From: an uncultured bacterium
Lineage (GTDB): Bacteria; Krumholzibacteriota; Krumholzibacteriia; JACNKJ01
Assembly: GCA_963695095.1 (NCBI GenBank)
Contig: CAVOFT010000001.1
Location: 2,976,001-3,040,000 of the forward strand
Reading direction: 5' to 3'
Length of the DNA stretch: 64,000 bases
A model generated the notes under the pieces. The model was not told the origin of the DNA. It searched no databases and worked only from the letters and a program-made list of their open reading frames with translations. A program made the translations under genes and the position numbers. Positions 19,000 through 29,065 of the stretch are shown here, in pieces (position 1 is the stretch's first letter; each line of letters begins with the position of its first letter).

Positions 19000-19774
19000 G
19001 TGGTGCTGGGTTTTCTCGCCGATAGCTGTTGCAGTCCGACGCTGATGCCGGCCGGGCCGAGCTTCGACCCGTGGCTGCTCCTCGGCACGGGGCTGACGAT
19101 CAGCCTCGGCCACTGCATCGGCATGTGCGGGCCGCTGGTGGGCGCCGTGGCGATGGCGCAGCCCGAGGGGGCGCGCAGCGCGCGGCGGCTCGTCCCCGGC
19201 TTCCTGCTCTATCATCTGGGACGCGTGGGCGCCTACGCGCTCATCGGGCTGGCCCTGGGCCTGGTGGGCTCGGCCGCGGACCTGGCCGGGCAGGGCCAGT
19301 GGCTGCGCGGCGGGCTGTCGCTGGCGGTGGGTCTGGCGATGGCGCTGCTCGGGCTCGGCCTCGGGCGGCTGGCTGCCGGCGCGGCACTGGCCGGGCGGCG
19401 CGCGGCTCACGGGCCTTGTAGTGACGCGCTTCCGGGCCTTGATCGGGCGGGGCGGCTTGCTTGGGAAGTTGGGCCTGGGCGTCGCCAACGGCTTCCTGCC
19501 CTGCGGGCCGGTCTACGTGGTGGCGCTCGGGGCGATGGCCGCGGGCAGTCCCTGGCGCGGCGCGGGGGCCATGCTGCTCTTCGGCGCGGGGACGGTGCCG
19601 GTGATGCTGGCCTTGTCCCTCGGCGTCGGGCGCCTGAGCCCGCGCGTGCAGGGGCGCTTCAATCGCGTCGCGGCCGTGCTGGTGCTGCTGATCGCGGCGC
19701 AGCTCCTGCTGCGGGGCGCGGCGGCGTTTGGGTGGGTGGGGCATTTGAGGTTCGGGGAGGTTGTGGTTTACTAG
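19000..19774 (+). CDS. Sulfite exporter TauE/SafE-like (DsbD_2) membrane protein; frameshift near 19400
   Basis: GHCIGMCGPL, LLYHLGRVGAY, then NGFLPCGPVY, MLLFGAGTVP in a second frame; AGGAGG RBS. Confidence 0.82.
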
Positions 19775-19870
19775 TGAATCGATTCCTGCGCGAGATCCAG
19801 GTCGGGTAGATTATATGGATTGCGAAGAACGCCTTGTGGAATGATCTCGGCACCAACTCTGGAGGTGTCC

Positions 19871-21778
19871 GTGCAGCTCTACAGTGGCATGTCCGCCGAC
19901 TTCATGCGCGCTGCTACTCGCAATCAGATCGCCGGCATGCTGAAGCAGGCTTTCTTCGCCTACTACCGCTACGAGTCGGGCGAGGCCGAAGTCCGCTCAT
20001 GGCAGAACTCCCTGCGTGCGGTCACGGACGTCTTCGAGGACGCGAGCCTCACTGATCACGGCGTGTTCCTGGAGTACCAGTTGCCGCTCACCTCTCGCCG
20101 GCTGGACTGCTTGGTCTGCGGGCAGGACACGAGCCGGCGCGATCGTGCCGTGCTCATCGAGCTGAAGCAGTGGGACCGCTGCAGCGAGACCCCCGGCGAG
20201 GACTTGGTGTGTACATGGGTGGGGGGTGCAGAGCGAGACGTGCTGCACCCCTCGGTTCAAGTGAGGCAATATCACCGCTACCTCGCAGACACGCACACAG
20301 CCTTTCATGAGGGAGCCGCGCCAGTCCTGCTCGACTCCTGCTCCTACCTGCACAACTACCAAGCGCTGGAGGGCGATCATCTGTTCGCCCCCAAGTTCGA
20401 GCAGATCCTAGCCGTCAGCCCGGCCTACGCGGCTGACGACTTCGACGCGATCAGCGGCTACCTGCGCGATCGCCTGCAGGCGGGGCAAGGACGGGAGGTC
20501 CTCGATCGCGTCGCACAGAGCCAGTACCGACCCAGCAAGAAGTTGATGGATCATGTAGCCGGCATGATCCAGGGCAACCCAGCTTACGTCCTCCTGGACG
20601 AGCAGCAGGTGGTCTACCGAAAGGTGCTGGCCTGCGCCGAGGCGGGCATGGGCGACCGGCGGAAGACAGTGGTCATCGTCCGGGGCGGGCCGGGCACGGG
20701 CAAGTCGGTGATCGCCCTCAACCTGATGGCCGACCTGTTGCGGAAGGGACGCAACGCACACTACTCCACGGGCTCCAAGGCCTTCACTGAGACACTGCGC
20801 CGGATCGTCGGCTCACGGGGCTCGGCGCAGTTCAAGTACTTCAACAGCTATGCCGAGGCCGGCGCCGGTGACATCGACGTGCTCATCGCCGACGAGGCAC
20901 ACCGCATCCGCGAGACCAGCAACAACCGCTTCACCCCGAGGGTCATGCAAAGCACGAAGCCTCAGATCGAGGAGCTCGTCGAAGCTTCCCGGATCGGGGT
21001 GTTCTTTGTAGACGACCGGCAGGTGGTGCGGCCGAACGAGATCGGATCGTCGGAGTTCATCCGCGCCCACGCCAGCCGGCTGGGCTGCCGGATCCTCGAC
21101 TTCGAGCTGGAGGCACAGTTCCGCTGCGCGGGTTCGGACGGCTTCGTACGCTGGCTGGAGAACACGCTCGGCCTCGTGCGCACCGCCAACGTACTCTGGG
21201 ACGGCAGCGAAGGCTTCGACTTCCGTATCCTCGACTCGCCGCAATCCCTCGAAGACGCGATCCGCGCCAAGTCCGTGGAGGGATTCTCAGCGCGCATGTC
21301 GGCAGGCTTCTGCTGGCCGTGGTCCAAGCCGAACTCGGACGGCACGCTCGTGGAGGATGTCCGGATCGGCGAGTACCGGCGCCCCTGGAACGCGAAGTCG
21401 AGCGCGGGCCGCCTGGCGGCCGGGATTCCGAAGGAAACGCTCTGGGCACACTTGCCCGGCGGCATCGATCAGGTGGGTTGCATCTACACGGCCCAGGGCT
21501 TCGAGTTCGACTACGTCGGCGTGATCTGGGGCCCGGATCTCCGCTACGATCTGGAGAAGAACGCCTGGATCGGGGATCGCGAGCAGTCCTGCGACACGGT
21601 CGTGAAGCGCTCGGGCGATCGCTTCGCGGAACTCGTGAAGAACACCTACCGCGTCCTGCTCTCGCGGGGGCTCAAGGGCTGCTACGTGCACTTCATGGAC
21701 CGGGAGACCGAGCAGTTCATCAGGACCCGCCTGGAGACGACGGCGGCAACAACGGACGGCGGCGGGCATGCGCACTGA
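19871..21778 (+). CDS. DUF2075 (Schlafen group 3-like) helicase with N-terminal PD-(D/E)xK-like nuclease domain
   Basis: RRLDCLVCG..VLIELKQW, HPSVQV, Walker A GGPGTGKS, IADEAHR, QFRCAGS, CIYTAQGFEFDYVGVIWG, NTYRVLLSRG; GGAGG RBS before GTG. Confidence 0.88.
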   Translation: MQLYSGMSADFMRAATRNQIAGMLKQAFFAYYRYESGEAEVRSWQNSLRAVTDVFEDASLTDHGVFLEYQLPLTSRRLDCLVCGQDTSRRDRAVLIELKQWDRCSETPGEDLVCTWVGGAERDVLHPSVQVRQYHRYLADTHTAFHEGAAPVLLDSCSYLHNYQALEGDHLFAPKFEQILAVSPAYAADDFDAISGYLRDRLQAGQGREVLDRVAQSQYRPSKKLMDHVAGMIQGNPAYVLLDEQQVVYRKVLACAEAGMGDRRKTVVIVRGGPGTGKSVIALNLMADLLRKGRNAHYSTGSKAFTETLRRIVGSRGSAQFKYFNSYAEAGAGDIDVLIADEAHRIRETSNNRFTPRVMQSTKPQIEELVEASRIGVFFVDDRQVVRPNEIGSSEFIRAHASRLGCRILDFELEAQFRCAGSDGFVRWLENTLGLVRTANVLWDGSEGFDFRILDSPQSLEDAIRAKSVEGFSARMSAGFCWPWSKPNSDGTLVEDVRIGEYRRPWNAKSSAGRLAAGIPKETLWAHLPGGIDQVGCIYTAQGFEFDYVGVIWGPDLRYDLEKNAWIGDREQSCDTVVKRSGDRFAELVKNTYRVLLSRGLKGCYVHFMDRETEQFIRTRLETTAATTDGGGHAH

Positions 21779-22328
21779 CGACACCTGGATCCAGACCTAC
21801 CGCGGCTGCCAGTTCTGGCCGATGGACCCGCAACCGGCGGACATCGACATCCGTGATGCGGCCCACTCGCTCAGCCTCCTCTGCCGCTTCAATGGCCACT
21901 GCCGGGAGTTCTACTCGGTCGCCGAGCACTGCGTGCGCGTCTCGCGCGCATGTGCGCCGGAGCATGCCCTCTGGGGGCTGCTTCACGACGTTGCCGAGGC
22001 CTACATCGGGGACATCGCCAGGCCAGTCAAGCAGCAGTTCCCAGCTATCGCGGAGATGGAGGATCGCCTGCTCAAGGCAGCCGCGGAGCATTTCGGCCTG
22101 GCTTGGCCGATTCCCGACGAGGTGGGCAAGATCGATGAGATCTTGCTGGCCACCGAGGCCCGCGACCTCATGGAACAGCCCCCTGCCGATTGGAAGCTGA
22201 GCGCTTTGCCTCTCACGGATCCGATCCGCCCGATGACACCGCTCCAGGCCGAGCAGGCGTTCCTCGAGCGCTTCGCCAAGCTCACAGCCAGCAGGAATGC
22301 CCCGCAGCTGGCGCAGGGTCGCCCATGA
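21768..22328 (+). CDS. HD-domain phosphohydrolase, YfdR/YfbR-like 5'-deoxynucleotidase family
   Basis: CRFNGHC..FYSVAEHCVRVS, GLLHDVAEAYIGDI, DEILLATEARDLM. Confidence 0.85.
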   Translation: MRTDDTWIQTYRGCQFWPMDPQPADIDIRDAAHSLSLLCRFNGHCREFYSVAEHCVRVSRACAPEHALWGLLHDVAEAYIGDIARPVKQQFPAIAEMEDRLLKAAAEHFGLAWPIPDEVGKIDEILLATEARDLMEQPPADWKLSALPLTDPIRPMTPLQAEQAFLERFAKLTASRNAPQLAQGRP

Positions 22329-23257
22329 CCGGCTGGCTGGCGAACACGGATACGGACTGGTTCCAGTTCCTCCGTGGCTTGGAGGATGTCGAAGAGGTCA
22401 ACTTCTGGCAGCCGTCGGGAGGCCGGGGCTTCCACGTCCTGAAGCCGGGCGAGCCGCTCCTCTTCAAGCTGAAGTCGCCGCACAACGTCATCGCGGGCTA
22501 CGGGCACTTCGTGCGCCACTCCGTCCTTCCGGCGTGGCTCGCCTGGGACTCGTTTGGCGTGACCAACGGCGCGCCTGATTACGCCGCGATGAGGACTCGC
22601 ATCGAACGCTATCGCTCCGGCCAGCCCAAGGATCCTGCTGGCAACTACGCGGTCGGTTGCTTGGTCCTGGCCCAGCCTTTGTTCTTCCCGAGGGAGCTCT
22701 GGATTCCCCAGCCGGCCGACTGGCCCCGAAACGTCGTGCAGGGCAAGAGCTACGGCCTCGACCGAGGGGAGGGGCTGCGCATCTGGGATGCCTGCCAGGC
22801 GGCAACCGCAGCCTTGAGCAAGGTGCTCCAGCTTCCCCTGGGGCGGGAGAACGAACGGCGCTATGGCGAGCCTCAACTCATCGCGCCGCGACTTGGCCAG
22901 GGGAGCTTTCGTATCGTGGTGCTGGAGAGCTACCGTCGCGCCTGTGCGGTTTCCACTGAGCACTCCCTGCCCGCGTTGGAAGCGGCGCACATCAAACCCT
23001 TCGCCGAGGGCGGCGAGCACAAGGTCGGCAACGGACTTCTGCTTCGCAGCGACATCCATCGCTTGTTCGACAAAGGCTACCTAACCATCACTCCCGGCCA
23101 TAACATTGAGGTGAGCCCTCGCTTGCGCGAGGACTTCAGCAATGGGCGCAGTTACTATCCCTTTCATGGGGAGAAGATCGCCTTGCCAGCCGACAGGGCG
23201 GAGCATCCAGATCCGGCAATGCTCCATTGGCACAACGAGAAACGGTTCCTTGGATGA
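22325..23257 (+). CDS. HNH endonuclease, putative restriction enzyme (COG3440-like)
   Basis: NTDTDWFQFL..EVNFWQPSG N-terminus; RLGQGSFRIVVLESYRRACAVS, LEAAHIKPF, NGLLLRSDIHRLFDKGY, LHWHNE; ATGA overlap. Confidence 0.88.
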   Translation: MTGWLANTDTDWFQFLRGLEDVEEVNFWQPSGGRGFHVLKPGEPLLFKLKSPHNVIAGYGHFVRHSVLPAWLAWDSFGVTNGAPDYAAMRTRIERYRSGQPKDPAGNYAVGCLVLAQPLFFPRELWIPQPADWPRNVVQGKSYGLDRGEGLRIWDACQAATAALSKVLQLPLGRENERRYGEPQLIAPRLGQGSFRIVVLESYRRACAVSTEHSLPALEAAHIKPFAEGGEHKVGNGLLLRSDIHRLFDKGYLTITPGHNIEVSPRLREDFSNGRSYYPFHGEKIALPADRAEHPDPAMLHWHNEKRFLG

Positions 23258-23370
23258 CAAGATTGGAGGAGTGCCAGAGGGCTGGTTGCCGATACCAGTC
23301 CGCCCACATGGCGAGGACATGACGCCGTTCAGGCCAGTGTCGAGTGCATGACCTTCCCTCGAGGTAGCGG

Positions 23371-23718
23371 TTGACCAACCCCCACGCCCTCATCCTCATC
23401 CGCACGCTCCACACGACGATCTACCTCGTCATGGTCGCCGCGATCGCCGTCATCTGGCATGCCGCCCTCACCGGCCGCTTCGGCCCCGCGCTCTGGATCG
23501 CCCTCGCGCTGCTCGCCGTCGAGAGCGCCGTCTTCCTCGGCAACGGCCGCCGCTGCCCCCTCACCGCGCTCGCCGTCCGCTACGGCGCCGAGAAGGGCTA
23601 CGCCTTCGACACCTTCCTGCCCGAGCGCGCCACCCGCTACACCTTCCGCGTCTTCGGGACGCTCATGCTGCTCGGCCTCATCGCCCTCCTCCTCCGCTGG
23701 ACGGGCCTCCTCGCCTGA
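23371..23718 (+). CDS. Small membrane protein (about 3 TM)
   Basis: Hydrophobic ORF with NGRRCPLT motif and GAEKG..FDTFLP. Confidence 0.65.
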   Translation: MTNPHALILIRTLHTTIYLVMVAAIAVIWHAALTGRFGPALWIALALLAVESAVFLGNGRRCPLTALAVRYGAEKGYAFDTFLPERATRYTFRVFGTLMLLGLIALLLRWTGLLA

Positions 23719-23796
23719 CGTGGGCACCTTTGCCCGGACCGAAATGCCGCGCAGGCGGCGTGAAAAGCCGCTATACTTGGCGCGACCAGGAGGTGG

Positions 23797-26184
23797 GTGA
23801 TGTGCGGACGGTCGCTTGCGGCATTCTCTATCCTGATGGTTCTTCCGATATCGGCTGCAACCGCAGCCACGATCCACGTCCCCGCTGACCAGCCCACGAT
23901 CCAGGCGGGTGTCGATGCCGCGGCGCCGGGGGACACGGTCCAGCTTGCCGCGATGGTCTTCACCGGCCCGGGCAACACCGACCTCGGCTTCGGGGGCAAG
24001 GACATCGTCCTGCGCGGAGCGGCGCCGCCCGACAGCTCGGCCATCGATGGCGAAGGTCAGCACCAGGGCTTCTACCTCCATCAGGGCGAGACGGCCGCGG
24101 CCCGCATCGAGCGCCTCACCCTCAAGAACATCGATGGCTACGCCTTTCACGCCTACCAGGCCTCGGCCACGCTCGCCGACATCCGCCTCTTCGATTGCGT
24201 GCACGGCGTGGCCTTCCACACCTCGACGAGCGCGGTGCACGGCCTGCTCTGCGTGCGCACCTCCGATGCGCTAGCGGTCTACGCGGCGAGCGCGAGCGCC
24301 ACGGATGTCGACGTGCGCGAGGGCGGCCTCTACAACGCGCTGGACATCAACTCGGGTGCGAGCCTGACCGTGGACGGCCTGCGCGTCACCGGCAGTTACG
24401 CGCGCTATGGCGTGGTGGACTGCGCGGGCACCCTGGTCCTCCGCAACGCCTACTTCAGCGGCAACCGGCTGAGCCCGCTCAATCCGCGGGCTGTGATCTA
24501 CGGCCACGGGGACGGCGCCGCGCTCGACCTGCAATGGGTGACCATCGTCGACAACGCCACCGACGGCATTCGCACCGAGGACGCCTGTGCGCTCACCGCT
24601 CGCAACGTGACGATCGCGCGCACGGGGGGCGAGGGCTTCGAGCTCAGCGCCGAGGGCTCGGCCGACATCGCCCAGGCGATCGTCGCCTTCTCGACGAAGG
24701 TCGGCATCTTCGCCTGGCCGGGCGGCACGGTCACGCTGGCCTGCTCGGATGTCTACGGCAACGCCCTCGGCGACTTCGGCGGCGCGCTCGGCGATCCCAC
24801 CGGCACCGACGGCATGATCAAGGCCGAACCCATGTTCTGTCAGCTCGGCGGCCCCGACCAGCCGCCCACCCTGAGCGTGAACTCGCCCTGCGCCCCGGCC
24901 AACAGCGACTGCGGGCTACTCATGGGCGCCCACGGCACGGCCTGCGATCTCGTGATGGTCACCGTCTCGGGCACCGTCCTCGACCCGGGCAACCAGCCGG
25001 TGGCGGGGGTCGCCATCGAGGGCTTCTACGACCCCTTGCTGACGGACTCCGCGGGGCACTACGCCTTCGACACCGTCCAGGGCTGGACCGGCGTGCTGCA
25101 TCCGGTGCTCATGAGCCTGCACTTCGACCCGGTGGAGCGCCTCATCGGTCCGCTCATCGTCGACTTGCCGAACCAGGACTTCCTCGCCTATGCGCAGACG
25201 GCCATCCGCGTGCCGCAGGACTTCGCCACCCTGGCCGAGGCGCTGGAGTTCGCCCTCGACGGCGACACCGTGCTGGTGGCGCCCGGCGTCTACACGGGGC
25301 CGGCCAACCGCAACCTCAGTTGCGGCGGCAAGGCGATCGCGGTGCTGGGGACAGGGAGCGCCGGGGCCACCATCATCGACTGCCAGGGCCAGGGCCGCGC
25401 ATTCACTCTGCTCGACGGGGAATCGCCGGCCACGCTCATCGGCGGCCTGACGATCCGCAACGGCCACAGCTCGGCCGCGCTCACGCCGCCGTACAAGGGC
25501 GGCGGCGGCATCTACGTGCAGGACGGCTCGCCCACACTCCGCGACCTTGTCATCGAGGACTGCCTCAGCGACGAGGCCGGGGGCGGGCTCCTGCTGAAAA
25601 GCTCGTCCGCCCTCGTGCAGCGCGTGCACTGCCGCGGCAACGAGGCCCCCGGCCTGGAGGGCATCGGCGGCGGCGCCTTCGCGATCGGCGGCGCCCCCAC
25701 CTTCCGCGACTGCCTGTTCACGGACAACTTCGCCTTCCGCTACGGCGGCGGCCTGCACATCGCCAACGGCACGATCCGGGTCGAAGGCTGCACGGTGGTC
25801 GGCAACACGGCGGGCTGGAGCGGCGGCGGCATCAGCAGCCACAAGTCGAGCAATCCGCCGCAGCTCAGCATCACGCGCAGCCTGATCGCCGACAACCACG
25901 CCACGAGCGGTGGCGCGCTCTTCAACCACGCCCTCTGGCCGGCGCCCGCCTACGACTGCTGCCTCTTCTGGGGCAACGACTCGCCACGCGTCTGGGGCAG
26001 CATCAACGATCCCGTCGGGACGAACGGCAATTTCGCGGCCGATCCCCTGCTCTGCGATCCCGGCGGCGGCGACTTCGGCCTGCAGGCGGGATCGCCCTGC
26101 CTGCCCGAGAACAATGGCTGCGCTGTCCTGATCGGCGCTCTCGGCCAGGGCTGCGACACGCTGCGCGCGGGAGGTCAGCGATGA
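23797..26184 (+). CDS. Secreted right-handed beta-helix repeat protein (two modules)
   Basis: Signal peptide; IHVPADQPTIQAGVDAAAPGDTV and IRVPQDFATLAEAL..GDTVLVAPG; GGG/GGA repeats; ADPLLC..DFGLQAGSPCLP; AGGAGG RBS. Confidence 0.8.
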   Translation: MMCGRSLAAFSILMVLPISAATAATIHVPADQPTIQAGVDAAAPGDTVQLAAMVFTGPGNTDLGFGGKDIVLRGAAPPDSSAIDGEGQHQGFYLHQGETAAARIERLTLKNIDGYAFHAYQASATLADIRLFDCVHGVAFHTSTSAVHGLLCVRTSDALAVYAASASATDVDVREGGLYNALDINSGASLTVDGLRVTGSYARYGVVDCAGTLVLRNAYFSGNRLSPLNPRAVIYGHGDGAALDLQWVTIVDNATDGIRTEDACALTARNVTIARTGGEGFELSAEGSADIAQAIVAFSTKVGIFAWPGGTVTLACSDVYGNALGDFGGALGDPTGTDGMIKAEPMFCQLGGPDQPPTLSVNSPCAPANSDCGLLMGAHGTACDLVMVTVSGTVLDPGNQPVAGVAIEGFYDPLLTDSAGHYAFDTVQGWTGVLHPVLMSLHFDPVERLIGPLIVDLPNQDFLAYAQTAIRVPQDFATLAEALEFALDGDTVLVAPGVYTGPANRNLSCGGKAIAVLGTGSAGATIIDCQGQGRAFTLLDGESPATLIGGLTIRNGHSSAALTPPYKGGGGIYVQDGSPTLRDLVIEDCLSDEAGGGLLLKSSSALVQRVHCRGNEAPGLEGIGGGAFAIGGAPTFRDCLFTDNFAFRYGGGLHIANGTIRVEGCTVVGNTAGWSGGGISSHKSSNPPQLSITRSLIADNHATSGGALFNHALWPAPAYDCCLFWGNDSPRVWGSINDPVGTNGNFAADPLLCDPGGGDFGLQAGSPCLPENNGCAVLIGALGQGCDTLRAGGQR

Positions 26185-27500
26185 AGGCCGCAATCGGCAT
26201 CCTGCTGCTCAGCGCACTGGCGGCGACGGCGCCGGCCGTGGCGAGCGTTTTCCATGTGCCGGCGGAGTACCCCAGCATCCAGTCGGCGCTGGCCGCGGCG
26301 GCCGCAGGGGACACGGTCCTGGTGGCCTGCGGCACCTACTACGAGCACGGGCTGTCTCCGCGCGAATCGTGCCTGATCCGGGGGGAAGGCGGCAGTGCGG
26401 ATTGCGTGGTCATCGATGCCCAGGAGCAGGGCAGTTGCATCATCGCCCAGGCCCGCTACGTGCGCCTGGAGCACCTGACGCTGCGCAATGGCTACTCGAA
26501 CTACCGCGGCGGCGGTCTTGACGCGGGCATCGTTCCCAGCCTGGTGGACGTTGTGGTCGAGAACTGCTTCGCCGCGCAGGATGGCGGCGGAGTCAGCGCC
26601 TCCGGCATCGCTTTCCAGGATCTGGTCCTCAGGAACAACCGCGCCGATCGCGGCGGCGGGCTGTTTCTGCTCGAGTACGGCGGCGCGAGCAGCGGCTTGC
26701 TGGCGGTGGGGAACGAGGCCGAGTCCGGGGCGGCGATCTACATCCAGGACTGCATGTGGCCAAGCAACGCGAAGCTCGATGGCCTCACGCTCGTGGGCAA
26801 CCGCAGCACGGCGGGCGAGGGCATTTTGACGATGTCGGCCATGACCGGCGAATGGGTGAACTGGCTCGCCGTCTCGCGGAGCATCTTCGCCGACAACGAG
26901 GGTTTCGCGCTTGCGTGTCCCGGCGGCTGGTTCAACATGTACGACGTCTCGGACCCGGCCGGCTCGGAGATGGACGCCTTCGTATCCAGCTCCTGCTTCT
27001 GGAACAACTCGCTGGGCGACTTCGGCGGCGAGATCGCCGACCTCACCGGCTTCTACGGCAACCTCTTCGTCGATCCGCGCTTCTGCACGCCGGAGCTGGG
27101 CAACTACGCTCTGCGCGAGGATTCGCCCTGCCTTCCCGAAGGCAACCTCTGCCGGGTGACCATGGGGGCGATCGGCGAGCCCTGCGTGCTGACCGGCGTG
27201 GAGGCCGAAGCCGGGGCACCCGCGGCCTTCCGGGTCGGCAGCTTCCCCAATCCCTTCAACCCCAGCACGCAGATCCGCTTCGTGCTGCCGCGGGCCGCGC
27301 GCGTGAGCCTGCGCGTCTTCGACATCGCCGGCCGCCGCGTGGCCACCCTGCTCGACGGCGCGCGCAGGGATGCCGGCGAGCAGGCGCTGGTCTGGGATGG
27401 GCGCGACGATGCGGGTCAGGCCCTGCCCAGCGGCGTCTACCTCTACCGCCTCGAGGCCGGGGAGCTGCGGGCCACGAGGAAGCTGACCCTGCTCAAATGA
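26181..27500 (+). CDS. Secreted beta-helix protein with FlgD-type CTD
   Basis: MKAAIGILLLSALAATAPAVA signal; FHVPAEYPSIQSAL; FPNPFNPSTQIRF...WDGRDDAGQALPSGVYLYRL...TRKLTLLK; ATGA overlap. Confidence 0.82.
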   Translation: MKAAIGILLLSALAATAPAVASVFHVPAEYPSIQSALAAAAAGDTVLVACGTYYEHGLSPRESCLIRGEGGSADCVVIDAQEQGSCIIAQARYVRLEHLTLRNGYSNYRGGGLDAGIVPSLVDVVVENCFAAQDGGGVSASGIAFQDLVLRNNRADRGGGLFLLEYGGASSGLLAVGNEAESGAAIYIQDCMWPSNAKLDGLTLVGNRSTAGEGILTMSAMTGEWVNWLAVSRSIFADNEGFALACPGGWFNMYDVSDPAGSEMDAFVSSSCFWNNSLGDFGGEIADLTGFYGNLFVDPRFCTPELGNYALREDSPCLPEGNLCRVTMGAIGEPCVLTGVEAEAGAPAAFRVGSFPNPFNPSTQIRFVLPRAARVSLRVFDIAGRRVATLLDGARRDAGEQALVWDGRDDAGQALPSGVYLYRLEAGELRATRKLTLLK

Positions 27501-27742
27501 TCCGCTGATCCGCGTCGCCTCTCGAGGCCCCGCACCCTGGACCGCCCTCGCGCGGCTCGCCCTGCGCGCCATCACCCCCGCAATCGCCGCTGAGGGCGCC
27601 AATCGGTCATTGATATGAGCTCCCGCGCCCGGTACTCTGGCGTCGCTAGCCCGCCCCCCCAGCGGGTGAAGCGCCCTGTCGCGACCCGATTCGCCGCAGT
27701 GTCCCGTCCAGCCTCCCGCTCGCCTGCAGGAGAACGCTGAAC

Positions 27743-28831
27743 ATGTCTGCCTTCGCTCCACGTTTCACCGTCACGAATCCGATCACGGCGGCGCTCACCG
27801 CCATCGAGCGCGCGCGGGGCTTTCTCGAGGCAGCCAAGCTCTCGGAGGCCTGGATCGCGCGCATGAGCCAGCAGGCCTTGCTGCTAGAGGCCCACCACAC
27901 CACCCACATCGAAGGCACCGCGCTGACCCTGGACGAGGCCCGCCGCCTCTGGACCGGCGAGGCCGTTGCGGAGGCCGATCGCAACGACGTCCGCGAGCTT
28001 CTGAACTACCGGGACGCCTTCGAGCTCGTCTCCGAGTACCTCGGCAGCGGGGACCCGATCACCGAAGGCCTCATCCGGGAGATCCACAAGCGGCTGGTGC
28101 GCGGGGTCCGCGGCGGCGCCGCCCAACCGGGGGCCTACCGCAAGACCCAGAACTACGTGATCAACAGCCGCACGGGCGAGGTCATCTACACGCCGCCTTC
28201 TCCCGAGCAGGTAGCGCCCATGATGGCGGATCTCGTCGGCTGGCTCCGCGACGAGTCCGCAGTGCACCCCGTGCTCGTCGCGGGCATAGCGCAGTTCCAG
28301 CTCGTGCACATCCATCCCTTCGTCGACGGCAATGGCCGCACCTCCCGCCTACTCTCCACGCTCTGCCTCTACCGCGCCGGCTACGACTTCAAGCGGCTCT
28401 TCACACTCAGCGAGTTCTACGACCGCGATCGCAGCGCCTTCTATGCCGCCTTGCAGAGCGTTCGGAAGCAGGGCATGGACCTGACCCCTTGGCTCGAGTA
28501 CTTCGTCTACGGCCTTGCGCAGCAACTCGAGGAAGTGAAGGTGCGGGGTACGGCGGTCATCAGCGCCGACCTTTTAGCGAAGGAGCAGAAGCTCGGCGCG
28601 CGCCCGGCGGCGGTCTTGGCTGCCATCCACGAGGCGGGCAGCATCAGCCTCGGCGAGCTGGAGCCGCTCTTCCCCGATGTCAGTCGCCGCTCCCTCCAGC
28701 GCGACCTGAAGCTGCTCGTGGACCGAGGGTTGATCGTGGCCCAGGGCGCTCCGCAGCTCACGGACCCGAATCGCAGCTACGGGCCCGCGCCGACTCCGCC
28801 GCCGGGACCCTCCGCGGGCCCGCCCCGATAG
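27743..28831 (+). CDS. Fic family protein with internal inhibitory helix and C-terminal HTH
   Basis: [12 protein letters not shown] catalytic motif, TTHIEG inhibitory motif, [30 protein letters not shown]. Confidence 0.92.
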   Translation: MSAFAPRFTVTNPITAALTAIERARGFLEAAKLSEAWIARMSQQALLLEAHHTTHIEGTALTLDEARRLWTGEAVAEADRNDVRELLNYRDAFELVSEYLGSGDPITEGLIREIHKRLVRGVRGGAAQPGAYRKTQNYVINSRTGEVIYTPPSPEQVAPMMADLVGWLRDESAVHPVLVAGIAQFQLVHIHPFVDGNGRTSRLLSTLCLYRAGYDFKRLFTLSEFYDRDRSAFYAALQSVRKQGMDLTPWLEYFVYGLAQQLEEVKVRGTAVISADLLAKEQKLGARPAAVLAAIHEAGSISLGELEPLFPDVSRRSLQRDLKLLVDRGLIVAQGAPQLTDPNRSYGPAPTPPPGPSAGPPR

Positions 28832-28846
28832 CGTCCCCCGCCGCCG

Positions 28847-28902
28847 AGCTGTGACAAGCTGTGACAGGGAGCTGTGACAAGCTGTGCCAGCTAGCTCTGA
28901 CA
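28847..28902. repeat. Five direct copies of decamer AGCTGTGACA
   Basis: Starts at 28847, 28857, 28870, 28880 (AGCTGTGCCA) and 28893 (AGCTCTGACA). Confidence 0.85.
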
Positions 28903-28918
28903 CGGCCGCAACGCCACC

Positions 28919-28932
28919 CGCCCCCGGGGGCG
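28919..28932. repeat. Palindrome CGCCCCCGGGGGCG copy 6
   Basis: Exact 14-mer between fic and the cco cluster. Confidence 0.9.
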
Positions 28933-28975
28933 ACCCCGCCGCCCGCAATTCCAACATCCTGCAACCACTGAACCA

Positions 28976-29004
28976 TTGATTACAGGCCCTTTGCTCGGTA
29001 TTCT
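28976..29004 (+). promoter_or_regulatory. Sigma70-like promoter of the cco cluster
   Basis: TTGATT-17 nt-TATTCT. Confidence 0.45.
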
Positions 29005-29065
29005 GCCGGCGCCGCCTGTCGGCCCCGCCGCCGCGGCCTAACCCGAGCCCTGTCCCCAGGATGGC

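Noticed and set aside
17475..23370. TA and defence genes as integron cassettes
   Set aside because: No convincing RYYYAAC...GTTRRRY attC structures and no integron integrase seen.
28847..28902. Decamer array as a CRISPR array
   Set aside because: 10-bp units with 0-3 nt gaps, no unique spacers, no cas genes.
28976..28989. FNR box upstream of cco
   Set aside because: Only the TTGAT half-site is present, with no ATCAA at the required spacing. The repeat at 1668-1686 also has the wrong spacing.
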